Assembly: GCF_001306055.1 (NCBI RefSeq)
Contig: NZ_LGHJ01000019.1
Span: 60,001-92,000, forward strand
Source: Bellilinea caldifistulae
GTDB lineage: Bacteria > Chloroflexota > Anaerolineae > Anaerolineales > Anaerolineaceae
DNA: 32,000 nucleotides
Direction of reading: 5' to 3'
The notes beneath the pieces were generated by a model. It had not been told where the DNA came from. It did not search any database and was given only the letters and a program-made list of their open reading frames with translations. Positions 26,917-32,000 of this stretch are shown here, one piece after another. Each line of letters begins with the position of its first letter. The first letter of the stretch is position 1. A program made the position numbers and the translations under genes.

Positions 26917-27332
26917 AGAACTGGTTTTCTAAACCTTTTGGTAATGAGATAAACAATCCTGTACCACCACGAGGATGATTGACGGAGTTTGTAATCTGCT
27001 TTTACGGCCTGCGTTTCGGGATCGTCCTCAACCGCCTCGTCAATCTCTCTGCGGATTTCCGCTTTTTCGGTTGGGGTGAGGCGATCTGTCCATGCTTGCG
27101 CCGCACGATTCGCCAAACCACCGCTTTTTCTACGCCTGCGCCCACTCCCAAGGCCAAGGCGGTTTGCCAGGTTGAAATAATCCGTCATCTGCGGCTCTTT
27201 TTTGCGCTTTCTGCGCACCCGGCCAACGCCTGGTGCAAGGCGCACAAGGCCACGCTGGCGGTGGCGTCTATCACTAACCTCAAAGACATTACCCAAAATA
27301 CCAAGACCCGTTGACCGTTTGCGCCGTCCCAT
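26913..27332 (-). CDS. Arginine/lysine-rich protein (139 aa), possible nucleic-acid-binding protein
   Basis: SD GAGGGGG upstream. RRKR, RRHRQR, RVRRKRKK and GRRRRK clusters. Acidic middle. Coupled to neighbours on both sides. Confidence 0.6.
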   Translation of the reverse strand: MGRRKRSTGLGILGNVFEVSDRRHRQRGLVRLAPGVGRVRRKRKKEPQMTDYFNLANRLGLGSGRRRRKSGGLANRAAQAWTDRLTPTEKAEIRREIDEAVEDDPETQAVKADYKLRQSSSWWYRIVYLITKRFRKPVL

Positions 27333-27334
27333 AA

Positions 27335-27550
27335 TTACCCCCTCACGGAATAGATTAACGTCAACAGCAACAACACCAATATAGAGCCTGGCACAAGAGC
27401 GCGCAGGAAAGCACGGAAACGAGATTTGATAAAACCTCTATCTGCGATAATCCATGCAACGACAAGAGAGAGCGTGATCATAAACAGCACTAGCAACGTG
27501 TGATCACGCATTGCATACTGGTTGATCAAGGTCTCAAATCGTGGCGTCAT
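27335..27550 (-). CDS. Two-TM membrane protein (71 aa)
   Basis: Preferred start is MTPRFETL at 27550, after GAGG. The track's 98-aa version starts further upstream and overlaps a better small ORF. Confidence 0.55.
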   Translation of the reverse strand: MTPRFETLINQYAMRDHTLLVLFMITLSLVVAWIIADRGFIKSRFRAFLRALVPGSILVLLLLTLIYSVRG

Positions 27551-27551
27551 A

Positions 27552-27680
27552 TTAACCTCTGTCATTTTCTCTTCGTTCTTCAAGTTCGGCAATTTTTTCT
27601 TCCAATTCAGTAACTTTTCGCATTGCCGCAATTAACTCTTTTTCGAGTTGCTTTATTTGCTCATCAATTTCATCCATCAT
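27552..27680 (-). CDS. Possible 42-aa coiled-coil protein (below the ORF-track cutoff)
   Basis: MMDEIDEQIKQLEKELIAAMRKVTELEEKIAELEERRENDRG. Heptad-like. Its stop is 1 nt from the next start. Weak SD. Confidence 0.3.
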   Translation of the reverse strand: MMDEIDEQIKQLEKELIAAMRKVTELEEKIAELEERRENDRG

Positions 27681-27757
27681 TTTCGTTTTTTCATGTCCTT
27701 TCTAAAACTTTGCCGGTTACGCTATCCGGCTTGCCGTCACCTCACGTATTCCGCAGG

Positions 27758-27777
27758 GTTGAGTTTAGTTGAGTTTA
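27758..27777. repeat. Perfect tandem 10-mer GTTGAGTTTA x2 upstream of the minus-strand operon
   Basis: 27758-27767 and 27768-27777 are identical. They lie between the tRNA-like gene and the first ORF of the operon. A 6-2-6 palindrome ACGCCA-TT-TGGCGT lies at 27808-27821. Confidence 0.5.
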
Positions 27778-27827
27778 TCGGCAACGCCTAACCCGTTATG
27801 ACAACTAACGCCATTTGGCGTATATGA

Positions 27828-27934
27828 TGGCGGGCTGGGATTTGAACCCAGTGTGCTGGTCTGGTCTGCGGTCCCACCAGCAGGAAGCCCGCAGTTAGCA
27901 ACTCTCCCGCGTGTTCCCACCACGCCGCCCGCCA
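27828..27934 (-). tRNA. Atypical 107-nt tRNA-like gene (anticodon-loop GCU, bulged anticodon stem, 29-nt variable arm)
   Basis: Every nucleotide fits a cloverleaf. Acceptor TGGCGGG/CCCGCCA. D arm GCGTG-GTGGGAA-CACGC. Anticodon arm GGGAGAG / CT[GCGGG]CTTCC closing the loop TTGCTAA. Variable arm TGCTGGT-15 nt-ACCAGCA. T arm CTGGG-TTCAAAT-CCCAG. No CCA is encoded. Confidence 0.55.
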
Positions 27935-27956
27935 GTGTTTACGTTTAGTTAAGGTT

Positions 27957-28472
27957 CTAATTTCTCTCTTCTGGCTTTATCCAGCCTATACCACAAAGAT
28001 TAAAAAAGTCGTTTTCTTCTGGGGTATGAAGCGTCTCCCCGTTCTCGACATGATGAATCGCTCCATCTCTCACAACATAAGCAGACGGTAGAAAACCGCC
28101 GTACCGCTTCGGAGTAACTAGTTTTTTTGAAAACTCTGCACCCCCAGTGCGGAGCGCAAAGATTACGCCCCATTCGGCAGGTGGTAAAACGATGAACAAG
28201 TCCAAATTAATCCCTTCTGGTAATATATACTGCTTGTAACGTTCTCCGTTCTTAATCGCTGGGGCTGGTAAAGAGAGATTAAAATAACCGTTTGGGTTTC
28301 CGAAAAGGTCTCTGACCATCAATGGTATTGCCACAATCTCTATATCCCCTACTTCTGACTTTCTCCGCCTGATACTCCCAGCAATCTCAATGCGTTTGCA
28401 GAACGGTGCAAGCATTTCTAAGTACTTACTGGCAGTCCTCTCGGCTAATTCGAGCGGGATTTTTGTTTTCAT
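27957..28472 (-). CDS. Minimal family-X (Pol beta-like) nucleotidyltransferase, palm + thumb only (171 aa)
   Basis: GSIRRRKSEVGDIEIVAI matches the PolX GS-x-RRG-x5-D-x-D-hh palm motif, with Glu at the second acidic position. INLDLFIV supplies the third acidic residue. FALRTGGAEFSKKL resembles the PolX thumb (TGS..FN..LR). Confidence 0.75.
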   Translation of the reverse strand: MKTKIPLELAERTASKYLEMLAPFCKRIEIAGSIRRRKSEVGDIEIVAIPLMVRDLFGNPNGYFNLSLPAPAIKNGERYKQYILPEGINLDLFIVLPPAEWGVIFALRTGGAEFSKKLVTPKRYGGFLPSAYVVRDGAIHHVENGETLHTPEENDFFNLCGIGWIKPEERN

Positions 28473-28498
28473 GCTACTAGCCTCTTTGCGTTCTGTAT

Positions 28499-28804
28499 TC
28501 AGCGTTCCGCGGTTTTGGCAGAACGGTTACGCATTTGCCAGCGGATTTTAGCCTGTATCGCCGGGGTGGGCGCACGCCGCGGCTTGCGTGCCATGCGCTG
28601 CATTGGTTTTAGTTTCGGATATATGACTAACTCGCGATTAGCACGCTGGACGCTGATCAATCCACACGCAGACAATCGCTTGATTTGCTCATGTGCATTA
28701 CTGTAATCCACGTTGAGATCAGTACACAATCTCCGCAGTGAGCGCACCCCACCAGTCGAGTAGATACGTGATAACAAGAGATACTGTACAGTCGTTAACC
28801 GCAT
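28499..28804 (-). CDS. Small winged-helix (MarR/ArsR-like) DNA-binding protein with a basic tail; candidate element repressor
   Basis: GGAGGTGAT directly upstream of the ATG at 28804 (the track starts at a GTG at 28816). LRRLCTDLNVDYSNAHEQIKRLSACGLISV is an HTH-like segment. Divergent from the early operon. Confidence 0.7.
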   Translation of the reverse strand: MRLTTVQYLLLSRIYSTGGVRSLRRLCTDLNVDYSNAHEQIKRLSACGLISVQRANRELVIYPKLKPMQRMARKPRRAPTPAIQAKIRWQMRNRSAKTAER

Positions 28805-28874
28805 AATCACCTCCACGATATTTATTATTTTAGAACATTATTTCTCGTTATCATAGGGCTTACCAATAATTATT

Positions 28875-28956
28875 TAGAACAATTTTAGAACATTACATTA
28901 GAGTTTACAACAGATTGCTATATAGTATTGACAAATAGTACCGTATGCGGTACAAT
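28875..28956 (+). promoter_or_regulatory. Early promoter P1 with operator-like repeats (copy A of the duplicated cassette)
   Basis: TTGACA (28928-28933), 17 nt spacer, TACAAT (28951-28956). The palindrome GTACCG-TATG-CGGTAC fills the spacer. TAGAACA boxes at 28831, 28875 and 28886. 28875-28934 is identical to 29974-30033. Confidence 0.7.
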
Positions 28957-28984
28957 ATAATCAAGATCACGATAGGAGACACAA

Positions 28985-29281
28985 ATGAATGCAACAATAA
29001 AAAATCACAAAGTACAAATTAATGGCAACCTGATCACCGGAGACACATATCCGGTGAAAAGCTGGATCAAAGAATACCTGAACGGAAAATGGGATGCTGA
29101 CCGCCGCGGATGGGTGGTTGATCCAAAGCAACTTGAGCGGTTCTTAAACAAGCCATACGGTGTCATGCCCGATAACACCATCGCCGCAACACCCGCCAAC
29201 ATCAACACGCACACGCGTAACGATTACGATCTTTGCCCAAAATGCCATACCTATTGCTACGGTGATTGCACCGCCCGATAA
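28985..29281 (+). CDS. Hypothetical protein (98 aa) with a C-terminal Cys cluster (CPKCHTYCYGDC)
   Basis: AGGAG 6 nt upstream. First gene after P1. Confidence 0.7.
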   Translation: MNATIKNHKVQINGNLITGDTYPVKSWIKEYLNGKWDADRRGWVVDPKQLERFLNKPYGVMPDNTIAATPANINTHTRNDYDLCPKCHTYCYGDCTAR

Positions 29282-29293
29282 GGAGATGAGAAA

Positions 29294-29878
29294 ATGAACC
29301 CAAACGAGTTGCCAAAATTGGAATTAGCAGGCGCTGTTCTGCGGCGCCGGTATATTGTCCGTGACAATAAGGGGCGATACGGAATCGCCACTTATGATCC
29401 CTCCAAAGAAGACGTCCTATTTGCTCACCCGTTAGACGTTCCAGCAATCATCAGAGATGTTATCATCGCGGAAAATATGTATGGGAGTTTATTAACTGAC
29501 ACTCCATTCAATCGCAAAGACGGCCGTTATCGTGGCGTCTGGTACGACTACACTGGTTATAGTCAGATTGCCGATGATGACGTACGGACATTAGAAATTG
29601 TGGATGATCTTGGATGGATAGTGTCAGACCAGGCGATGATGAAATTTGCGCATCCAACGGCAAATGCTTCACCAGAAGACGCAATCATCAATATCAAGCA
29701 GGCAATGATTTATTGCCGCGAAATCGGCATCAATATAACCGAGCGAGGAATACGCAAATTATGTAAAACTGGTGGTATTGAGGCTCAAAAAATCGGGCGG
29801 GACTGGGCAATGACTTACAGAGCAATCAACTCTTACCTTGACAAACGCTCAAAACGTGTTAGAAAATCAAAAAACTAA
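29294..29878 (+). CDS. Hypothetical protein (194 aa) with a C-terminal excisionase/MerR-like HTH
   Basis: AAGGAG upstream. ITERGIRKLCKTGGIEAQKIGRDWAMTY resembles HTH_17-type DNA-binding motifs. Confidence 0.7.
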   Translation: MNPNELPKLELAGAVLRRRYIVRDNKGRYGIATYDPSKEDVLFAHPLDVPAIIRDVIIAENMYGSLLTDTPFNRKDGRYRGVWYDYTGYSQIADDDVRTLEIVDDLGWIVSDQAMMKFAHPTANASPEDAIINIKQAMIYCREIGINITERGIRKLCKTGGIEAQKIGRDWAMTYRAINSYLDKRSKRVRKSKN

Positions 29879-29888
29879 AAACTTGAAC

Positions 29889-29920
29889 AAAAAATCCCCG
29901 CCAGTGAGGCGGGGATTTTT
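29889..29920 (+). terminator. Rho-independent terminator (copy A of the duplicated 67-bp cassette 29889-29955)
   Basis: AAAAA ATCCCCGCC (29894-29902), loop AGTGA, GGCGGGGAT (29908-29916), TTTTT. Confidence 0.8.
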
Positions 29921-29973
29921 GACATATTCTTCAAACCGCTGATATTCCACCAATTTTTTAATGCATCTTCAAA

Positions 29974-30055
29974 TAGAACAATTTTAGAACATTACATTAG
30001 AGTTTACAACAGATTGCTATATAGTATTGACAATTGCTATATAGTATGCTATACT
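29974..30055 (+). promoter_or_regulatory. Early promoter P2 with operator-like repeats (copy B of the duplicated cassette)
   Basis: TTGACA (30027-30032), 17 nt spacer, TATACT (30050-30055). ATTGCTATATAGTAT is repeated at 30013-30027 and 30033-30047 and contains the palindrome CTATATAG. TAGAACA boxes at 29974 and 29985. Confidence 0.7.
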
Positions 30056-30084
30056 ATAAGCAAGATAACGAAAGGAGCGATGAG

Positions 30085-30279
30085 ATGAACGCCGAAGAAT
30101 TGAAAGAATACCTCGATAACGAAATAACAGATGCTGACATTGAGGCATGGCACAACGGAGAACTTACCCAGCACATGAGCGAACTTCTTGATTACGTCTA
30201 TCTGCATATCCCAGATGCAGAAGTGCAAATCTGGGGATCCCGCGTCGGGAGCGAGCCTCTACATATCATTGTAAAATAA
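30085..30279 (+). CDS. Small acidic hypothetical protein (64 aa)
   Basis: AAAGGAG 7 nt before the ATG at 30085. The track's longer version would begin inside the promoter. Confidence 0.65.
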   Translation: MNAEELKEYLDNEITDADIEAWHNGELTQHMSELLDYVYLHIPDAEVQIWGSRVGSEPLHIIVK

Positions 30280-30332
30280 TCAATTATCCCTCGCCGGGTA
30301 GGCGGTCAGACCCGGCAGAAAAGGAGACTGAA

Positions 30333-30662
30333 ATGACTGAAAGAATTTATTCTGACACCCGCCCTTATGACGGCGGGCGAGCCGATGAGTATGGCCGCCT
30401 GATTGAACTCGGCAAAGAACATTATGACCGCGTAGAACATCACTTTACCCACATTCGCGCCGGTGAGGTTTTGGAAGTTGTTACTAGCCGTAGTTACTGG
30501 GGCCCGGACGGATATGAGGCTCCAGGCCGGGTTTGGCGGGTAACTTGGGACGGCGAAGGCGAAGCCAAGATTGAGTATGTCCGCGAAGCCGAGTACAGCG
30601 ATTACCCACGCGGACATTCTGTTCACCGCGCGCGTGGCCATAAATGCGAGATTTGCCAGTAG
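30333..30662 (+). CDS. Hypothetical protein (109 aa), C-terminal HKCEIC
   Basis: AAAAGGAG upstream of the ATG. Confidence 0.7.
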   Translation: MTERIYSDTRPYDGGRADEYGRLIELGKEHYDRVEHHFTHIRAGEVLEVVTSRSYWGPDGYEAPGRVWRVTWDGEGEAKIEYVREAEYSDYPRGHSVHRARGHKCEICQ

Positions 30663-30713
30663 TTTTTCAAAAAACCTTGCCGGTGGGTGGTCAAACCGGC
30701 ACAGGAGGATGAA

Positions 30714-31127
30714 ATGATAGCGTTTTACGATTCTCGATTAGATTGTTTGTTGACTGGGAGGTTAAAAATAGACCAGTCGCCAATTATGGAAGAGTTAACA
30801 CAAGTAGACATTGAAACCCAAGAAGTCAAGAAAGTAACTCTCATTTCTGGCCTTATGTCAATGGGCGAGTTAGAAAGTGCAAAGGAAATTCTTGTGCAAG
30901 CCGGTTTTTATCTCGCCGACATTATTGATGCGAACGACCCTGCTTGGTATCAATATATTTACATCCGACCAGAACGCATACAATACGCCGAAAGTGCAAA
31001 TGAAATAGAGCAAGTCGAAAATGATACCGTTGTTGTCTTACCGGACGGTTACATTATCGCGATAACGGATAAGCGTGGAAATAAGATAACCCACCGAATG
31101 CGAAATAATGTGCTAATAGAACTATGA
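30714..31127 (+). CDS. Hypothetical protein (137 aa)
   Basis: CAGGAGG 5 nt before the ATG at 30714 (the track starts at 30687). Confidence 0.7.
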   Translation: MIAFYDSRLDCLLTGRLKIDQSPIMEELTQVDIETQEVKKVTLISGLMSMGELESAKEILVQAGFYLADIIDANDPAWYQYIYIRPERIQYAESANEIEQVENDTVVVLPDGYIIAITDKRGNKITHRMRNNVLIEL

Positions 31128-31447
31128 AAACGCCTAACCTGTCCGTTCATCTCAATAACCTGAGTGCCGTGCGCGAAACCGCACGGCGTTTGGGGTTTAC
31201 ATTGTCCCGCGGCCATCGCGCCGGTGACGGCAGTATCCAGCAAATGCTGGAAGCCATTGCTGCTGGCGAGGTGCTTGTCCTCTGCCACGTCTACGACTGG
31301 CCGGAGGACATGCGCCGCGATGCCGCCTACCTGCGCGGCCTGGCCGCCCGCATTGAGCGAGATGACAACGCTCTTGCGGCAGCGGAAACGCTGCGCGGGC
31401 TAGCCGCTGCGATGGAAGCGGCGGCAGACCTGAAAAGTTTTGAATAA
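31124..31447 (+). CDS. Hypothetical Ala/Arg-rich helical protein (107 aa)
   Basis: ATGA overlap with the upstream gene. Locally GC-rich, so several shadow ORFs overlap it. Confidence 0.65.
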   Translation: MKTPNLSVHLNNLSAVRETARRLGFTLSRGHRAGDGSIQQMLEAIAAGEVLVLCHVYDWPEDMRRDAAYLRGLAARIERDDNALAAAETLRGLAAAMEAAADLKSFE

Positions 31448-31477
31448 AAAATCCCCGCCTCACCGGCGGGGATTTTT
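31446..31477. terminator. Bidirectional rho-independent terminator (copy B of the duplicated 67-bp cassette 31446-31512)
   Basis: AAAAA ATCCCCGCC (31451-31459), loop TCACC, GGCGGGGAT (31465-31473), TTTTT. Sits between convergent genes. Confidence 0.8.
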
Positions 31478-31517
31478 GACATATTCTTCAAACCGCTGAT
31501 ATTCCGCCAATTCATCG

Positions 31518-31859
31518 TCACTTCTGTAATTGCGCTTTGCATGATTTTTCAATCTCGTCTAATTCGTGACGTATATCAGCAGGTGTATAAGATGATTTTC
31601 CTTCCCGCGCATAATGCAACGCCGATATGTAATCACCACCCCAAATAGCCAATGTAGCGGCAGATCGGTAGATCACACTCCGGGTTGGTTCATTGTCGGC
31701 ATTTGGCAATAATCTTTTGGCTGCCATGACTTCATAAGACATTGCACATAGAGCATAAAATTTTGCCATTTCGAGGTCACCATTTTTTCTAGCAATGTAT
31801 GCTTTATCGGCTAGTTCCAATGCAGAATTGTGTAAGTTTATCGTTATATTGTCTGCCAT
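31518..31859 (-). CDS. Hypothetical helical (TPR-like) protein (113 aa)
   Basis: AAAGGAGA 4 nt before the ATG at 31859 (the track begins at 31883). Confidence 0.65.
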   Translation of the reverse strand: MADNITINLHNSALELADKAYIARKNGDLEMAKFYALCAMSYEVMAAKRLLPNADNEPTRSVIYRSAATLAIWGGDYISALHYAREGKSSYTPADIRHELDEIEKSCKAQLQK

Positions 31860-31870
31860 TTTGTCTCCTT

Positions 31871-32000
31871 TCATTTTGCCCATTGTGCGTCACATTCACA
31901 TGGATATTGACCACAATAAGGGCATATCTTGAATTTGTTTATTTTCGGCTTTGGCGGTTTCAGGTTACGCAACCGGTGTAACAACGTTCCAGGCTTCGAT
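31871..32000 (-). CDS. 3' end of an ORF entering from the right edge, ending ...KICPYCGQYPCECDAQWAK (zinc-ribbon-like)
   Basis: Open frame from 31999 down to the TGA at 31871-31873. Not in the track because no Met lies inside the window. Its stop overlaps the SD region of the next gene. Confidence 0.35.
   Translation of the reverse strand, partial: SKPGTLLHRLRNLKPPKPKINKFKICPYCGQYPCECDAQWAK

Larger units (their letters stand above)
15624..32000. mobile_element. Integrated mobile genetic element (integrase-proximal junction at the tRNA-fragment att; right end beyond the window)
   Basis: tRNA-fragment att next to a tyrosine integrase. Gene content switches abruptly from housekeeping to integrase, FtsK-like translocase, wall hydrolases, repressor/early operons and many ORFans. 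Dense overlapping genes. The 16.6-22.4 kb block looks more AT-rich than the backbone by eye. Confidence 0.8.

Noticed and set aside
27551-27631. N-terminal 27 aa of the 98-aa track ORF 27335..27631.
   Set aside because: The extension is Lys/Asn-rich off-frame sequence overlapping a coiled-coil ORF in another frame. An internal ATG at 27550 preceded by GAGG gives a clean two-TM protein.
27828-27934. tRNA-like gene as the right-hand attachment site (intact target tRNA) of the element.
   Set aside because: Its T arm and acceptor (CTGGGTTCAAATCCCAGCCCGCCA) differ from the fragments at the left junction (ATGGGTTCGACCCCCATCAGCCAC). Element-type genes also continue to its right. It is cargo, not the border.
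30034-30084. Upstream 17 codons of track ORF 30034..30279 (MLYSMLYYKQDNERSDE).
   Set aside because: This stretch is the -35/-10 spacer and leader of promoter P2. A proper AAAGGAG-N7-ATG start exists at 30085.
31164-31463. Overlapping ORFs 31164..31403 (+), 31197..31463 (-) and 31327..31542 (-).
   Set aside because: They are shadow frames of the locally GC-rich gene 31124..31447, which is the only one with start coupling (ATGA) and which ends at the terminator. The 31327..31542 ORF would also run through the terminator hairpin.
15624-32000. Ordinary tailed prophage.
   Set aside because: Over 16 kb I see nothing resembling a terminase, portal, major capsid, tape-measure or tail-fibre gene, and no holin-endolysin pair. 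The only ATPase is FtsK-like. The unseen right part could still change this.

Overview
The window has two very different halves.

**Bases 1-15,200: chromosomal backbone.** This looks like an ordinary free-living bacterium. My impression is a Chloroflexota/Anaerolineae-like host, which I cannot verify here. It carries multi-domain two-component proteins, a threonine-synthase-like enzyme fused to a receiver domain, an EamA transporter, an LctP-family permease and a five-gene peptide/nickel-type ABC importer.

**Bases 15,249-15,660: tandem array.** Five full 74-76 bp units plus a partial sixth copy, each a 3' fragment of a long-variable-arm tRNA (minus strand). The partial last copy abuts a tyrosine integrase gene.

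**Bases 15,660 to the window end: integrated mobile element.** It is more than 16 kb, its right border is not reached, and the 16.6-22.4 kb block looks more AT-rich by eye. I see no capsid, portal, terminase or tail genes. It contains:
- A plus-strand operon of several tiny hydrophobic proteins (45-63 aa), Thr/Pro-rich exported proteins, a 954-aa protein (signal peptide, four tandem ~135-150 aa repeats, C-terminal anchor) and a membrane-anchored M23-like peptidase.
- A convergent minus-strand operon with a 3D-domain lipoprotein, an FtsK/SpoIIIE (TraB-like) translocase, a GT-C (PMT/ArnT-like) glycosyltransferase and an arginine-rich protein.
- A 107-nt atypical tRNA-like gene next to a 171-aa minimal PolX-type nucleotidyltransferase and a small wHTH repressor.
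- Two early-type operons, each driven by a copy of a 60-bp consensus promoter/operator cassette and closed by a copy of a 67-bp terminator cassette.

**Best reading.** Either an AICE-like integrative conjugative element driven by an FtsK-type translocase, or a capsid-less membrane-virus-like element, probably outside the lineages where these are described.

All product calls come from motif recognition by eye. No searches were run.
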